Positions 62,801 through 64,000 of a stretch of DNA of 64,000 bases are shown one piece after another; position 1 is the first letter of the stretch, and each line of letters begins with the position of its first letter. The notes beneath the pieces were generated by a model. That model ran no database searches, was not told the origin of the DNA, and saw only the letters and a list, made by a program, of their open reading frames with translations. The stretch covers positions 14,952,698-15,016,697 of the forward strand of contig OZ037765.1 in assembly GCA_964035545.1 (NCBI GenBank). The letters run 5' to 3'. The position numbers and the translations under genes are program-made. This DNA is from Bugula neritina. Taxonomy: Eukaryota; Animalia; Bryozoa.

Positions 62801-64000
62801 CACTGTAACATACTGAAATACACTGCAACACATCGGAATAAACTGCAACATACCTAAATATACGGTAATATACTCAAATTTGCTGTTCACATTGAAAAAC
62901 ACTGCAACATACTGAAATTTGCTGTAGCACAGTGAAATTCAGTGCAACCCACTGAAATATAGTGTAATATACGGAAATGTACTTTAACATACTGAAATAT
63001 ACTGCAAAATACTGAAATACCCTGTAACATACTGAAATACACTGTGACACACTGAAATATACTGCAACACACCGCAATAAACTGAAACACGCTGTAACAT
63101 ACTGAAATACACTGCAACATACTACAACATATTGAAATACACTGCAACACATTGAAATATACTGCAACACACTGAAACATACGGCAACATATTGAAATAT
63201 ACTGCAACACATTGAAATATACTGCAACATACCGAAAATAACTGCAACTGTGCAATATAATGAAATATACTGCAAAAATACTGAATTGTACTGCAACAAT
63301 TTGAAAGTTACTGTATGATACTGACATATACTGAAACACACTGAAACATACTGCGAGATACTGCAACATACTGAAACACACTATAACATACTGAAATACA
63401 CTGCAACATACTGCAACATACTGCAACATACTGAATTACACTGTAACATATTGAAATACACTGCAATACATTGAAATTTACTGCAACACACTGAAACATA
63501 CTGCAACATACTGAAATGTACTGCAACATATCGAAGTATATTGTAATATACGGACATGTACTGTAACATACTGAAACATACTGAAACATACTGAAACATA
63601 CTGAAATATACTTCAACATACTGAAATATACTGCAACATACTGCAACATACTGAAATGCACTGTAACATACTGAAACACACTGCAACACATTGAAACAAA
63701 CTGCAACAAACCTAAATATACGGTAATATACTGAAATATACTGTAACACATTGAAAAACACTGCAAGATACTGAACTATACTGCAACACACTGAAATACA
63801 CTGTAATATACTGAATTAAACTGCAACATACTGCAACATACTGAAATAAGCTGTAACATATTGAAATACACTACAACACATCGTAATATACTGCAACATA
63901 CTGAACCATACGGCAACATACTGAAATACACTGCAACACATCGGAATAAATTGCAACATACCTAAATATACGGTAATATACTGAAATATACTGTACACAT
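56869..64000. repeat. 10-bp-monomer satellite array, segment 3 (extends beyond window end)
   Basis: Same decamer family, resuming at ATACCGAAATATATGGTAAAC after the LINE tail. Confidence 0.99.

Noticed and set aside
5-63998. Roughly 250 minus-strand ORFs encoding Cys/Tyr/Val/Ser/Gln-rich peptides
   Set aside because: They overlap in all three frames, mirror the 10-bp repeat, and recur with the HOR offsets. There is no domain or gene structure.

Overview
This is a eukaryotic, probably animal, heterochromatin-type window. About 57 kb of the 64 kb is one head-to-tail satellite array with a 10-bp monomer (CATACTGCAA / CATACTGAAA / TATACTGCAA / TACACTGTAA variants, usually alternating as a 20-bp GAAA/GCAA dimer). 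The array is organised into kilobase higher-order repeats: a 4,467-bp unit in the left half, a 9,135/9,165-bp tandem duplication in the right half, and smaller 3,224-, 1,052- and 641-bp duplications. The roughly 250 minus-strand Cys/Tyr/Val-rich ORFs are artefacts of a stop-poor satellite strand. Two mobile insertions interrupt the array. (1) 9647-14783 is a ~2.57-kb non-autonomous DNA transposon (CAC...GTG termini, 20-bp TIR core, 2-bp TSD, CMC/EnSpm-like). A second full copy of the same family has inserted into it in the opposite orientation (9971-12530, TA TSD), producing interleaved inverted repeats that include a ~2.24-kb-arm near-palindrome. Each copy carries a tRNA-sized A-box/B-box cassette followed by T8. 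(2) 55171-56870 is a 5'-truncated Rex1/Babar-clade LINE with a reverse-transcriptase frame broken by a (CTAC)n expansion, a (TCAA)4 tail, and a target-site deletion of about one satellite monomer. No intact host protein-coding gene is supported.
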